From positions 18,653 to 82,652 of IMG/VR virus record IMGVR_UViG_3300034092_002634: a DNA stretch of 64,000 bases; one strand, 5' to 3'. This stretch comes from a virus. Under the pieces are notes generated by a model. It saw nothing but the letters and a program-made list of their open reading frames with translations, made no database searches and had not been told where the DNA came from. Positions 48,186 through 57,591 of the stretch are shown piece by piece. How positions within the stretch are numbered: position 1 is the first letter of the stretch; each line of letters starts with the position of its first letter. Both the position numbers and the translations under genes were made by a program.

Positions 48186-48253
48186 ACGGCGAAACGGTCC
48201 ACTCACACGCGTGGGTGGGCCGTATGCAGATCACATCTGCACTGATGAGCCGT
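48186..48253 (+). ncRNA. Hammerhead ribozyme, type II
   Basis: ACGGC GAAA CGGTCCACTCAC acgc GTGGGTGGGCCG TA TGCAGAT cac ATCTGCA CTGATGA GCCGT; cleavage after 48224. Confidence 0.93.
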
Positions 48254-48825
48254 CAGGTTCTCTCAGTAGTACAGCAGCGAGGGAATTGATGCATCTTGTC
48301 TGCTGTATTTTTTATGGCAGAGGCCATAGCTACAACAAGTGGGGGCTATTTTTATGTGGGAGCCCTCTTTTTATGCCGGCGCTCGTTGATGATGACGGAC
48401 ATGATTGCAATCGCAAGGGAGGGGTGCCGAGGGGAACCAAGCGCTAGGGGGTGCCGAGGGGGATGCCGCTTTGTGCGCTTTTTCACATAAGCGTTTGTAC
48501 ACATTTTCACAAGCTCACGACGATTTCTGCGATCTTGCACAGCTTTTTGGCCAAAGCAACATAATTGAAACTAATGTTGCTTTGGAAATGCACGCACTTT
48601 GCACAGACTTTGGCCAGATCGTAAAGTTTCCTTCATTTTTTAAATAAAATTGTGAACATATTCACAATCTTACCCTACTTTGTGCACGTTTTCACAGGCC
48701 AGCATGGCTTTCTGCTGCCATTTGTGCTACTTTTCTGCACTTTTAAAACCGAAAATTGATCCCAAGGAAGTGCTGCGACAATGTTATTCATGGCTTGTGC
48801 AGGGATGCGTGTGTCTATAGACATA

Positions 48826-48871
48826 AAACAAAAATGACTGGGTAGTCATCATAGAGATGGCCCCCAGTCAT
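48826..48871 (-). terminator. Terminator of minus-strand operon
   Basis: ATGACTGGG/CCCAGTCAT stem followed on the minus strand by TTTTGTTTT. Confidence 0.6.
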
Positions 48872-48873
48872 AA

Positions 48874-48904
48874 TGTGGACAAATTGTGGATAGATTGTGG
48901 ATAA
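48874..48904. promoter_or_regulatory. Three phased DnaA-box-like 9-mers
   Basis: TGTGGACAA, TGTGGATAG, TGTGGATAA at 11-bp period. Confidence 0.55.
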
Positions 48905-48906
48905 CT

Positions 48907-49296
48907 CTATGAGACTTTAGCCTGATGCAGCGTCATGTGCAGGGATGCTTCTTGATACTCAAAGACATTCTCGTCTAGGTTTTTGAGAAACTCTGATCGT
49001 ACATAGATGCTGTCACCTTTATTGTTGAGCTTTACCTTATGAACGAATGCATACTCATTATAGAATTCATTGAAGAATGGTGTTGGATAGTGAGTAATGT
49101 ATTCTGTTAGGGCGGCGATCTCTTTAAAGCTGGTGAGCTCCCTCAGCATACATACGAACTCATATCCTCTTATTGTTTCTTCTGATTGTTTTAAGAAAGA
49201 GAGTGGTATTGATACCCGGGGATTATTATTGTATGACTGCTCGGTCATCTCTTCCTCGGTCCACAAGGTTGTCTGATTCATAGGTGACTGTTTCAT
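48907..49296 (-). CDS. Hypothetical protein
   Basis: Coupled ORF. Confidence 0.5.
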   Translation of the reverse strand: MKQSPMNQTTLWTEEEMTEQSYNNNPRVSIPLSFLKQSEETIRGYEFVCMLRELTSFKEIAALTEYITHYPTPFFNEFYNEYAFVHKVKLNNKGDSIYVRSEFLKNLDENVFEYQEASLHMTLHQAKVS

Positions 49297-49913
49297 TTCT
49301 GTCCTTCTTTCTTGATCATGCCATTACAGTGAGCGGCGAGTTTATCTGCATATCCCTTACCTGGTACAGCCCATGTTCCTTCTAATCCTGCCAGTGTTGG
49401 TGCACATCCTATGATACGAGCGGGGACACTTCTGCGGGCTGTGTGTAGGCTGAAGTAGTACCACTGATTGTCGTCCATCTGCTTAGGTGAAAGAGCATAG
49501 CCCAGTAAGCGGGCCATGTGTGCAGGAACGCTGTTGAATACCCACGATTCGAAAGGCAAACCTTTCTTCCAGATCTTCTCAGTAGCATCATAAGCCCATT
49601 CGTTAATACCTGCATTTGGTGGTAAGTGCGGGGCTGTTTGTCCTGTTACACCGATACCTGCGGGATTTCTTCTTGGCCGTGCACACCACCAGCTGGTAAG
49701 ATACCCCGTTTCATGGATCATCTGAGCTATGGCCACAGTAGGATTTACTCCAGATTTCCGTCCTTGCTCATAATATGCAGGAATGATTGCATCCTTAATG
49801 TCTGCATCTGTGTACTTGCAATTCTTTTTTCCTTTTAGATACTCGAATGCTGCCTCTTGTGTGCAGCTGGGATCTCCCATAATAGAAGAGTCCCGAGTTA
49901 TTACCCCTGTCAT
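49293..49913 (-). CDS. Glucosaminidase (GH73-like) cell-wall hydrolase
   Basis: AIAQMIHETGY, NPAGIG, L.GTWA...YADK. Confidence 0.8.
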   Translation of the reverse strand: MTGVITRDSSIMGDPSCTQEAAFEYLKGKKNCKYTDADIKDAIIPAYYEQGRKSGVNPTVAIAQMIHETGYLTSWWCARPRRNPAGIGVTGQTAPHLPPNAGINEWAYDATEKIWKKGLPFESWVFNSVPAHMARLLGYALSPKQMDDNQWYYFSLHTARRSVPARIIGCAPTLAGLEGTWAVPGKGYADKLAAHCNGMIKKEGQK

Positions 49914-51872
49914 GTTGTTACCTCATCATCATAATAAAGATCCGCACCCATAAGAAACCAAATACCGGGAATCCCTTCTGCATCATTATGTAGGTTTATC
50001 ATCTCGATAGTACCATCGACAAGATAATCTAACATCATTGACCCAAAATTGTCGTCCGTAATACCTAGTGTAACTCCCGTCGGTATGTACGGAGACAATT
50101 CCTTCATCATGGCCTGGCGCCAAGCTTCCCCATATAGGCTACTCCCCAGCACTTTCAACTTGATCATTTTGTTTCCTAATATGATTCACTAACTGAGTAC
50201 CTCCCGAAAAGTACTCTGAATCCTTACCGGCGGTCCTTTCTAATTCTAACAGATTTGCGATGTCTTCGAGCAGTAAAGTCGGATCTTGTCTTTTAAGTTC
50301 GCGATAGTACTCAATGTAGTGCAAGGTCCAGGTCACCGCGGTTTTAATCTCGGTGAGCGACTGCTCTCGGATGTCTTTCTCTTGCTCAGAGTACTCATCC
50401 TCAAGCACGCTTTTACGCATTGAAGCACACACTTGAGTAATAATCTTGGCTAATTCGCCGAGACTGGTTTGATCAATCTCTAGTGGCATTGCTATCTCCT
50501 AAGAAAGACCAACGCTTTTCTGTAGTAATCGACTTCGACTCGGGTGATATGTAGACGTTAATCATGGCGAGCATCTTGTAGAATGTCTCAGCGTCCGCTG
50601 GAACCTCAATAAGATCTTCGCTGTCCTCTTCATCTCCCTCCGTATCTGCGGAGCTAGCCTCATTCGCAATGATGCCACCGACGTACTCGTAATCATCCGG
50701 AATACTGTCTCCCTCAAGAGCGAATAGTACCGACCGGCGATGGACCTTCTTGTAGTTCGTGCTGTAATGGAGCAAAAGATACACGTGATTGCTGTATTGC
50801 TGACACTCAACAGTACATCCCTCTGGAAGTGTTATCTCAGCTTGAGTAGGAAAAGACTCGTCGTTCAAGTTAGCCAGTGGCTGAATTGAGAACTGCTTAG
50901 GCATCTAATCCCTCCTGAAGTTGCTTCATAATAGCGGAAACGGTTTCCTTGGGCACAAAGCCGATTACGTCTGAGGTTTTCAGCGCCTTGCCGTTCTCGT
51001 CCTTTAGCGGTAAATTGTAGAGTATCCGCTTGAAGTCGCCGTCAAAGACAGCAACTTCGTAAGTATCCTTCTCGGTACTGCCGTACGTCTGCTCCCCCTG
51101 AACTACAGAGATTGCATAGTCGTTGCTCATTTTCATCTGAGCCATCTGCACAGAATCCCACCGAGGGTGATCTGCAAAACGCAAATGATCGAAGTTAAAC
51201 ATAGAAGACTCCTTACTTAACGCGCTTAATAAAGTTGGTCAGGTCGTTGATCCAGCCCTGAATGTTAGGATCTTTCGAATTGCCGTCGTTCATTCCCATA
51301 CGAATCAGATAGAACGCATCCCACAGCTTGGACCAGACAATCTCGGCGATCTTTGCTTCATTGACGGGCTGAGATCCTCCAGATTTTTCGAGTGCAGTGA
51401 CTCGCTCCTTCAATTTGGCCACTTCAGTAAGAACGGCACCGATCTTTCCCTCTGCGTTTGCTGCGGATTGTCGAGCGGCCGCTACTTGATCTTGGGCTGT
51501 CTTGAGTTGCTGACGAATTCCGGCTAATTGTGAGTCGTTGATGTTTACGATTGTCCCAGAAACAGTGTCTGTTTCGTGAATGTAGCCTTCGATAAGCGTT
51601 CGTTTTTGTCTACCCAGGGGCTTGTCTGCTGTGTTCCAGTAGAACCAAAGCTTACGATGAACTACCATAAGCGTACCGTGGCAGCCTGGCTTGGTAATAA
51701 TTAGTTCTGCGGGTTTTCCCTTAGAAACGCGCCAAACGTTAATACCAAAAGAACCACCGGCCGCACTCATAGACGTGTTGTACTCGGCTCCTGTTTTGTC
51801 CCCGATTGCAAATGTAGGAGTAGCCGTATAGGATCCTCCGGGGGATTTTAAGTCTTCTGTCTTGTCTGTCAT
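49910..51872 (-). CDS. Hypothetical ORFs 49910-50167, 50139-50489, 50473-50904, 50897-51202, 51213-51872
   Basis: Coupled ORFs with RBSs. Confidence 0.55.
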
Positions 51873-51912
51873 CTGGTTTTCTCCTTATTCTTTACTACCC
51901 TTCAAGGGGTTT

Positions 51913-51998
51913 TGGTGCCAAAGACGGGAGTCGAACCCGTACGAGGAAACCCTCAGCAGTTTTTAAGACTGCAGCGTCTGCCATTCCGCCACTCTGGC
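51913..51998 (-). tRNA. tRNA-Leu(TAA)
   Basis: GCCAGAG acceptor, GCAGT-CTTAAAA-ACTGC anticodon arm, long variable arm, GGTTCGAC, CCA end. Confidence 0.95.
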
Positions 51999-52036
51999 TT
52001 GTTTTTTACTACCCCTCCTCGTGGAGGATGTGTAAT

Positions 52037-52112
52037 TGGTGGGCCAAGCAGGATTCGAACCTGCAACCAAATCGTTATGAGCGATCTGCTCTGACCTTTG
52101 AGCTATTGGCCC
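52037..52112 (-). tRNA. tRNA-CAT, probably Ile2 (lysidine, reads ATA)
   Basis: GGGCCAA acceptor, CTCATAA loop, GGTTCGAA, CCA; Ile2 versus Met is inferred from the acceptor stem. Confidence 0.85.
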
Positions 52113-52284
52113 TGATTGTCTTGATCGTCTCAACAGCCTCAATTACTTGCTTTGCTGCTTCGAGTGCCTCGTCAAAACCCTCAATGTCTGTCTCAGTTAA
52201 ATTACCATCATACAGCAAGTGATCCGCATACTGACGCATGACTGTACTTGCCTGACTGCCTAGATGCTCTCTCATGTCGCTCAT
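52075..52284 (-). CDS. Hypothetical protein whose 3' end overlaps the tRNA-CAT
   Basis: GAGG RBS; stop lies in the anticodon loop. Confidence 0.5.
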   Translation of the reverse strand: MSDMREHLGSQASTVMRQYADHLLYDGNLTETDIEGFDEALEAAKQVIEAVETIKTIRANSSKVRADRS

Positions 52285-52342
52285 AACTTACCTCGTAAAT
52301 ACCAGCGGAGCATTTACCCCGCTGGTATCTATTATACACGAC

Positions 52343-52900
52343 TTAGTACATTCGATCTTCTGGAGTACGCAGGTAGTTGTAATAGCCGAGATACTCGTCT
52401 AACCGAAGCACATCTCCGTACTTCGCGGCGTACTCGGCCATGATACCGTCTGCTACGTAATCCATTGAGTAGCGAAGAGTCTTCATTAATCTCCCCCTCA
52501 CCATGTAACATGACGTATCAATGTTTCCAACTTGCGGATAAAATGGCGGAGTAAGACGAATACTGTTGTTTCTCCAAACCTGCCCCCAAGTAACCATGTT
52601 TATCTGAGTGTAATTAATACTAGATACGCGTGCATACCAGTCGGGATGAATAATGTTGTCGTCGTCCAAAATGTACACCCAGTCCAAATCATCGAATTCT
52701 ATAGAATCAAGCGCAAAATTTCTATTAGGATTTCCAGCAAAGCCTGTGTATGGTGAATATAATGTAGTTGCCCCTTCTACTAACGTCGCGTCTTTAACAG
52801 AGGCGTCGTACACAACTACCCAATGACACTCTTTAGGAATACTTTCAGCAAGATATGGTAAATTTTCGGGTCGAGTACACGGTGTAATTATGTGGATCAT
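52343..52900 (-). CDS. GT-A fold glycosyltransferase
   Basis: IITPCTRPENL, RNFAL, YILDDDN, NIDT, ADG. Confidence 0.8.
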   Translation of the reverse strand: MIHIITPCTRPENLPYLAESIPKECHWVVVYDASVKDATLVEGATTLYSPYTGFAGNPNRNFALDSIEFDDLDWVYILDDDNIIHPDWYARVSSINYTQINMVTWGQVWRNNSIRLTPPFYPQVGNIDTSCYMVRGRLMKTLRYSMDYVADGIMAEYAAKYGDVLRLDEYLGYYNYLRTPEDRMY

Positions 52901-53559
52901 TTTTCGTTCCTCACCATAACCAAGAGCTTATCGTTGTCCCAGCCAGGTGAATACTTGTTAGCATGCTCGGCATTGATAAACGTAATGCTGTGGTAGTATT
53001 GAGTAATGTCGGCGAGCTCTCTGGCATAATCGTCTTCTGATCTACTTCTAAAGATGTCTTCTATGACAAAAAAACCGCCAGGCTTTACAAAACGATGTGC
53101 AACTTTTGCAATTCTAATCTGATCTTCAAACGAGTGTGTCGAATCGTCAATAAGAATGTCAAACTGCACACCTGATGTTTCAAGACCGTCTACAATAGAT
53201 TGTTCGTGATGCACATTCATAGGTATATACACAGTATCGGTTAGTCTGTCTTTGAGAGCGGCCGTAATCTTCTCAGGATAAAATTCCCAACCCCACAGTT
53301 TTGCTTTAGTAAAATAGTTTCTCCAGCAAATCATAGATTGATTATACTCAATCCCAATCTCCCCGAAGTTAATCTCCTTATGACGCAGGGAAGCAAACAG
53401 TAAGTCGTACACTGCCGTGTAGGGATGACGATGTCCGCTACTTGACCCTATGTTGTAAGGAGACTTGTCTGTCGGGAACCTGATACCTAGGTCACACAGT
53501 GCGGTTTTTGCATTTGTGGAATCAATTACCAATTGATTAAATTTTGTTACGTCCATCAA
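52897..53559 (-). CDS. Class I SAM-dependent methyltransferase
   Basis: TDK...HPY...EIGI, FDILIDDSTH, KPGGFFVIED. Confidence 0.8.
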   Translation of the reverse strand: MMDVTKFNQLVIDSTNAKTALCDLGIRFPTDKSPYNIGSSSGHRHPYTAVYDLLFASLRHKEINFGEIGIEYNQSMICWRNYFTKAKLWGWEFYPEKITAALKDRLTDTVYIPMNVHHEQSIVDGLETSGVQFDILIDDSTHSFEDQIRIAKVAHRFVKPGGFFVIEDIFRSRSEDDYARELADITQYYHSITFINAEHANKYSPGWDNDKLLVMVRNEK

Positions 53560-53588
53560 CGTTCTCCCTTATTCCACTGAGTAGTGGT

Positions 53589-53664
53589 TGGTACCGGCGG
53601 AGGGTCTCGAACCCCCGACAACCTGCTTAGAAGGCAGGTGCTCTATCCGCTGAGCTACGCCGGC
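53589..53664 (-). tRNA. tRNA-Arg(TCT)
   Basis: GCCGGCG acceptor, CCTGC-CTTCTAA-GCAGG, GGTTCGAG, CCA. Confidence 0.95.
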
Positions 53665-53706
53665 AAGCGTGTACCAGTGGGGATTAACCACTGGTACCAG
53701 TTAACC

Positions 53707-53955
53707 TTATTGATCTGATTCCATGCGCTGAATTGCAGCTGCTTCCTCTAGTTCTTCCGGCGACGTCATAGACAACACCATGTGAAATATACCCGATGAG
53801 CAGTTAGGACACATGGAAAGCGGCAGCATGCCAATCCAACCCATCAAGCCCCAATCCTCATCCTCGTACTCGGTGCTACAAATAGTGCAGTCTTTACCCA
53901 CAGGACTCAGCGGATCTTCGGCTGAATCGTAACTCAATTCGTTTAGTTCACTCAT
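53707..53955 (-). CDS. Small Zn-finger protein
   Basis: CTIC...CPNC. Confidence 0.5.
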   Translation of the reverse strand: MSELNELSYDSAEDPLSPVGKDCTICSTEYEDEDWGLMGWIGMLPLSMCPNCSSGIFHMVLSMTSPEELEEAAAIQRMESDQ

Positions 53956-53956
53956 T

Positions 53957-54391
53957 TTATATACCCCACTTTCCTCGTCGTAAAATAATCATAATAATTG
54001 CGTAGCTAGCCAGGTCCATAAGAGTATCGTCGACTGACTCGTTCTTTGGTTCTTTTGGCTGCGACCATTTTCCAGTACCGATATCCCAGCCCATCAAGTT
54101 CATAAGACGGGCTGTCTTATCCCACAAGCGAACAGCTACTCCCTGCTCGCCAGCCCCTTTAATGTTCCAAGAGGAGTAGTCAGCGGTCTTTTTTTTGTGC
54201 ATCTGAAACAAATCATCGAGAATCGTTTTAAATTCTTTCGATTGCTCTGACATCAGATGCTCATTCTTGGGCATGTATCCCGTAGACTTCAGTAACGGTG
54301 TAAAGTCAGGCCCTTCCTTTTCGGATTGAAGCAAAGCGCTCAGTTTTGTCTGAGCTTCTATTGCTTTTTGAAATAATTCTTCGTCGTACAT
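53957..54391 (-). CDS. Nmad1/DUF1599 nucleotide-modification-associated protein
   Basis: KKTADY, VRLWDKTARL, ESVDDTLMDLASYAII. Confidence 0.8.
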   Translation of the reverse strand: MYDEELFQKAIEAQTKLSALLQSEKEGPDFTPLLKSTGYMPKNEHLMSEQSKEFKTILDDLFQMHKKKTADYSSWNIKGAGEQGVAVRLWDKTARLMNLMGWDIGTGKWSQPKEPKNESVDDTLMDLASYAIIMIILRRGKWGI

Positions 54392-54392
54392 G

Positions 54393-55070
54393 CTAATCCT
54401 CCCATAAAGTAATGTGTTGCAGCGATGTGATTGCCTGCTGAATTTCTCCCCAAGCTTGACGTGCTATCAAACGATGTTCTTCTTGGGTATCATTGGTTAC
54501 ACGGACTTGACAGTAATGCATCCAAGAGCGAAGGGTGCCACTCACATACATACGAGAGAGAGTTAATCCCTCTGGCAGTACACTGCGGGCGACCTCTTTA
54601 GCAACACCGTTCTGAATGGCCCAATCGTAAACGCGTGTAGTCTCCGATTGCAGATAAAGAAGTTTAGCTTCCCACGCATCGTGCAGATCCTGATCGTCAG
54701 TATGAATGCTACTTTGACGATTATTCGCATCCTGTAACCGAACTTCCCTACTTACCATCCCCAAGCTTTCAACAGGATTTGCGTATCGTTGACTGAATTC
54801 CTGAAAGGAAAAACTGCGATGGCGAAGTATCTGACGTGCAATGTCTCTTGTCGTATTGATTTCCATTACGATTGTGATCATCTCGAAAGGAGACCAGTGA
54901 CGATGCTTCATCAAGTACTGCAGTAACTTATCAGCAGTAAGATGATTGTTCTGATTCTGAGGATTTGAAACGCGAGCAACATACGCCACAAATTCCGAGA
55001 CACTGACGTCACCAAGCTTCCCTGTAGGTTGCGTAACTGCTATAATTTCAGCTGATCCGTGAGACGGCAT
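54393..55070 (-). CDS. thyX: Flavin-dependent thymidylate synthase
   Basis: HWSPFEM, RQILRHRSFSFQEFSQRY, AKEVARSVLP. Confidence 0.95.
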   Translation of the reverse strand: MPSHGSAEIIAVTQPTGKLGDVSVSEFVAYVARVSNPQNQNNHLTADKLLQYLMKHRHWSPFEMITIVMEINTTRDIARQILRHRSFSFQEFSQRYANPVESLGMVSREVRLQDANNRQSSIHTDDQDLHDAWEAKLLYLQSETTRVYDWAIQNGVAKEVARSVLPEGLTLSRMYVSGTLRSWMHYCQVRVTNDTQEEHRLIARQAWGEIQQAITSLQHITLWED

Positions 55071-55071
55071 C

Positions 55072-55275
55072 TTACTTACCTCCTAGAAATAACATAGGCT
55101 CGAGATCAAAGAACTGAGCAAGTGCGATGCCCTCTGCAACCGACGGCTTACGCTCTCCTTTAATGATTTCCTCTAGCCGTACAAGTGCAATACCTGCGAA
55201 ATCGGCTAGCTCTTCCTTTGTTGCTTTGGCTTGCTTCAGCTCTGCAAGTATTAGCTTAGGAATGTTTCCGTTCAT
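55072..55275 (-). CDS. XRE-type HTH protein
   Basis: TKEELA...IIKGERKPS..LAQFF. Confidence 0.7.
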   Translation of the reverse strand: MNGNIPKLILAELKQAKATKEELADFAGIALVRLEEIIKGERKPSVAEGIALAQFFDLEPMLFLGGK

Positions 55276-55456
55276 GGTCCACCTGCCCGTAATGATGTCG
55301 CTTCAGTATCTCAAACTCTTCAAGTTTGCGTTGCTCTTCCTCGTACCGTTCTCGACTGGTAATCAAAGTTCTCAGCTGTGGGGCGTGTATACTGTACGAA
55401 ATATCCTCACAGGTACAGTCGCTTACATACTCACCGCAGAATGCACAAGCATCCAT
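55256..55456 (-). CDS. Hypothetical protein
   Basis: Coupled Cys-containing ORF. Confidence 0.45.
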   Translation of the reverse strand: MDACAFCGEYVSDCTCEDISYSIHAPQLRTLITSRERYEEEQRKLEEFEILKRHHYGQVDHERKHS

Positions 55457-56469
55457 TACTTACCTCCACGTAGATACTTAAGATAGTCACAAGCTATCTC
55501 TAAGTCAGAATTATACCACATTTTACCGTTCGGCATAAAAATGATAGCACCACATCCATTGCCGGCTGTTTCTGCGTAGCCGATCTCTTTCGAGAACGAG
55601 TCAATGCGCTTGTAGGCACCAGTCAACAAGGCTAGGCGTTCCTGACTGTGACGGTAAAAAGGGCGAAACAGAGTGCCGATGTGCGTATGCCCGCCTACAC
55701 CAATGTCAAACGGCATAGTTAAACGATCGAAGCCGACCTCGATACCGTGGGTTGGGTTAAAGATACTGCTATACTTCCACTTATGGCGAATCAGTGTCTC
55801 CCAGGATCCGTTACCGCAGGTAACTGTTGTGCGTACTTCAAAAGGATCGTACAGCACGTGAGTATCCCCTAAAAATGTAGGAATGATATCGATGCCTGAC
55901 AATTTATTCGTCCAGTTATCGTGGTTACCGCTGACAACAAGCAGCAACTTTTCCTGAATCATCTCGAGCCAGCGTCGAAACATAGTTAGTTCATTCTGAA
56001 AACTAACCGCTTGGTTTCGCTGCAGGCCTTGTAACTTAGTTGTAATCCAGTTGTCGATGCCATCCCCGTGAAAAGCAGCGTACATGCCCGGTGTTGAAGA
56101 GATAAGCTTAGTGTCCTTAAGCACAGCATTATAGTCGGTGCCAGCATTGCCAAGATGCAGGTCCGAAAGGAACGCAATGCCCGTTGGCTGATCACCTAAG
56201 TGAATTGACTGCTTTTTCTTCTGCTGATGCACTTCACGCACTTCTTGGTATACAGAAGCGGCGGCTGTCCATAAGCGATCTGCATAGTCCACATCATAAC
56301 GATTCGAGTCTACCCCTCGGATGGTTGGCGTTTGATCGGACCCGCGAGCCTCTAGCGCCTTAATAGCCTCTTGCTCTGTAGCGAAACGACCACCGTGTAT
56401 CATCTTCTGCTGTTCCTTGTCCCACCAACGGATACCGTAGCGACCGTTACTGTAATAAATCCCCTTCAT
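55456..56469 (-). CDS. Calcineurin-like metallophosphoesterase with N-terminal AP2-like segment
   Basis: SDLHLG, GDGIDN, GNHD, GHTH. Confidence 0.85.
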   Translation of the reverse strand: MKGIYYSNGRYGIRWWDKEQQKMIHGGRFATEQEAIKALEARGSDQTPTIRGVDSNRYDVDYADRLWTAAASVYQEVREVHQQKKKQSIHLGDQPTGIAFLSDLHLGNAGTDYNAVLKDTKLISSTPGMYAAFHGDGIDNWITTKLQGLQRNQAVSFQNELTMFRRWLEMIQEKLLLVVSGNHDNWTNKLSGIDIIPTFLGDTHVLYDPFEVRTTVTCGNGSWETLIRHKWKYSSIFNPTHGIEVGFDRLTMPFDIGVGGHTHIGTLFRPFYRHSQERLALLTGAYKRIDSFSKEIGYAETAGNGCGAIIFMPNGKMWYNSDLEIACDYLKYLRGGK

Positions 56470-56480
56470 AAAACCTCCTG

Positions 56481-56864
56481 CTAAACGTCTAAATCTTGTT
56501 CTGGTAATTCCGTAAATGTATCGTAGTACGCATTAAACACATTCCGAGCTGTAGTGTGTAGTTGCGGCGGAACTTCGCGAAGTACACTTCCGTCGTCTAT
56601 TTGAAGTTTCCGCCCGAGTAACTCAAAAGCAAACTTTAGGGCATCCTTTGCAACCCCTGCGTGTAAATTGTGGCGCTGTGCTATCTCGTGAAGTGCATAG
56701 CCTGATCCCCAGTCTTCCAGCATCTGCATAGTTAGCGGGTGGTTATCCCGTAAGAAGTGGCTGTTAGCCTTAACCACCATTTCCAAATTGATTCGATCCT
56801 CGTCATTCAGTCGGTTTGCAAACCAGTCTCTGAATAACTCACGTAATAAAAGACGACTCTTCAT
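56481..56864 (-). CDS. Sigma-region-4-like HTH protein
   Basis: GYALHEIAQRHNL. Confidence 0.45.
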   Translation of the reverse strand: MKSRLLLRELFRDWFANRLNDEDRINLEMVVKANSHFLRDNHPLTMQMLEDWGSGYALHEIAQRHNLHAGVAKDALKFAFELLGRKLQIDDGSVLREVPPQLHTTARNVFNAYYDTFTELPEQDLDV

Positions 56865-57591
56865 AATTTATAGGCGGCCAGCACAGTTCGACATGAGCAC
56901 AGATCCGATTACAAAAATATCCTTGATCAATCTTTGTAAACTCTGTATCGTTAAGTATGTGCACGAGCGACTCCTCCAATTTCTGTATTTTTGTATCGTA
57001 GTCCACCATTACAGCAGCCTCGACCAGATCGAGTGTCCGCAGATGATGCCAATAGACTGCCTTTGGTTTTACTCCAAATAGTTGTTCGTAAGCCCACACA
57101 TAAATCAGCAGTTGCGGATTGTTTGCGAGTTCGGGGCCAGTTGGTTTTTTACTACCACTCTTGTGATCGATAATGCAACCATCCTCGGTGATCATGTCGA
57201 TAAAACCGCGCATGAGTACTAGCGGATTTTCTGCTGGGAATGGAAGTCTAAATCCATATTCAATACGAGCGGGAACAAACTGATCCCAATTCAGTCCACG
57301 CAGGATTGTTTGACCTAATTGTGAAGCCTTACCGATAAGGTTAGAGGCCACTAATCCCTTCTCGCTGCCTACTGCCGAGGCAATTGCCTCGTTAAAGTAG
57401 TTTGAAAACACCGGCAGAAAGTTTGTTTTGCCTGCATAGTACTCCTCGATCGCGTGATGCAGTGCTGAGCCCATGACCGTGTACACATGCTTGTTTCCCT
57501 CGAGGCCTTCGATGTACTGCATTTTGTACAAGCGCGGGCAAGTCTTGTAGAGGTTGAAGCGAGAAGCTGAAAAATCGGGCAAAGTACTCAT
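56839..57591 (-). CDS. PD-(D/E)XK RecB/Cas4-like exonuclease
   Basis: SASR...CPR, GSALH, GFIDM..IIDHKSG, QLLIY, C-terminal Cys cluster. Confidence 0.85.
   Translation of the reverse strand: MSTLPDFSASRFNLYKTCPRLYKMQYIEGLEGNKHVYTVMGSALHHAIEEYYAGKTNFLPVFSNYFNEAIASAVGSEKGLVASNLIGKASQLGQTILRGLNWDQFVPARIEYGFRLPFPAENPLVLMRGFIDMITEDGCIIDHKSGSKKPTGPELANNPQLLIYVWAYEQLFGVKPKAVYWHHLRTLDLVEAAVMVDYDTKIQKLEESLVHILNDTEFTKIDQGYFCNRICAHVELCWPPINYEESSFIT

Noticed and set aside
48211-48647. Short ORFs after the early array
   Set aside because: Overlap the hammerhead and repeats, lack RBS and coding pattern.
51912-52222. Plus-strand ORFs 51912-52094 and 52028-52222
   Set aside because: Antisense translations of tRNA genes.
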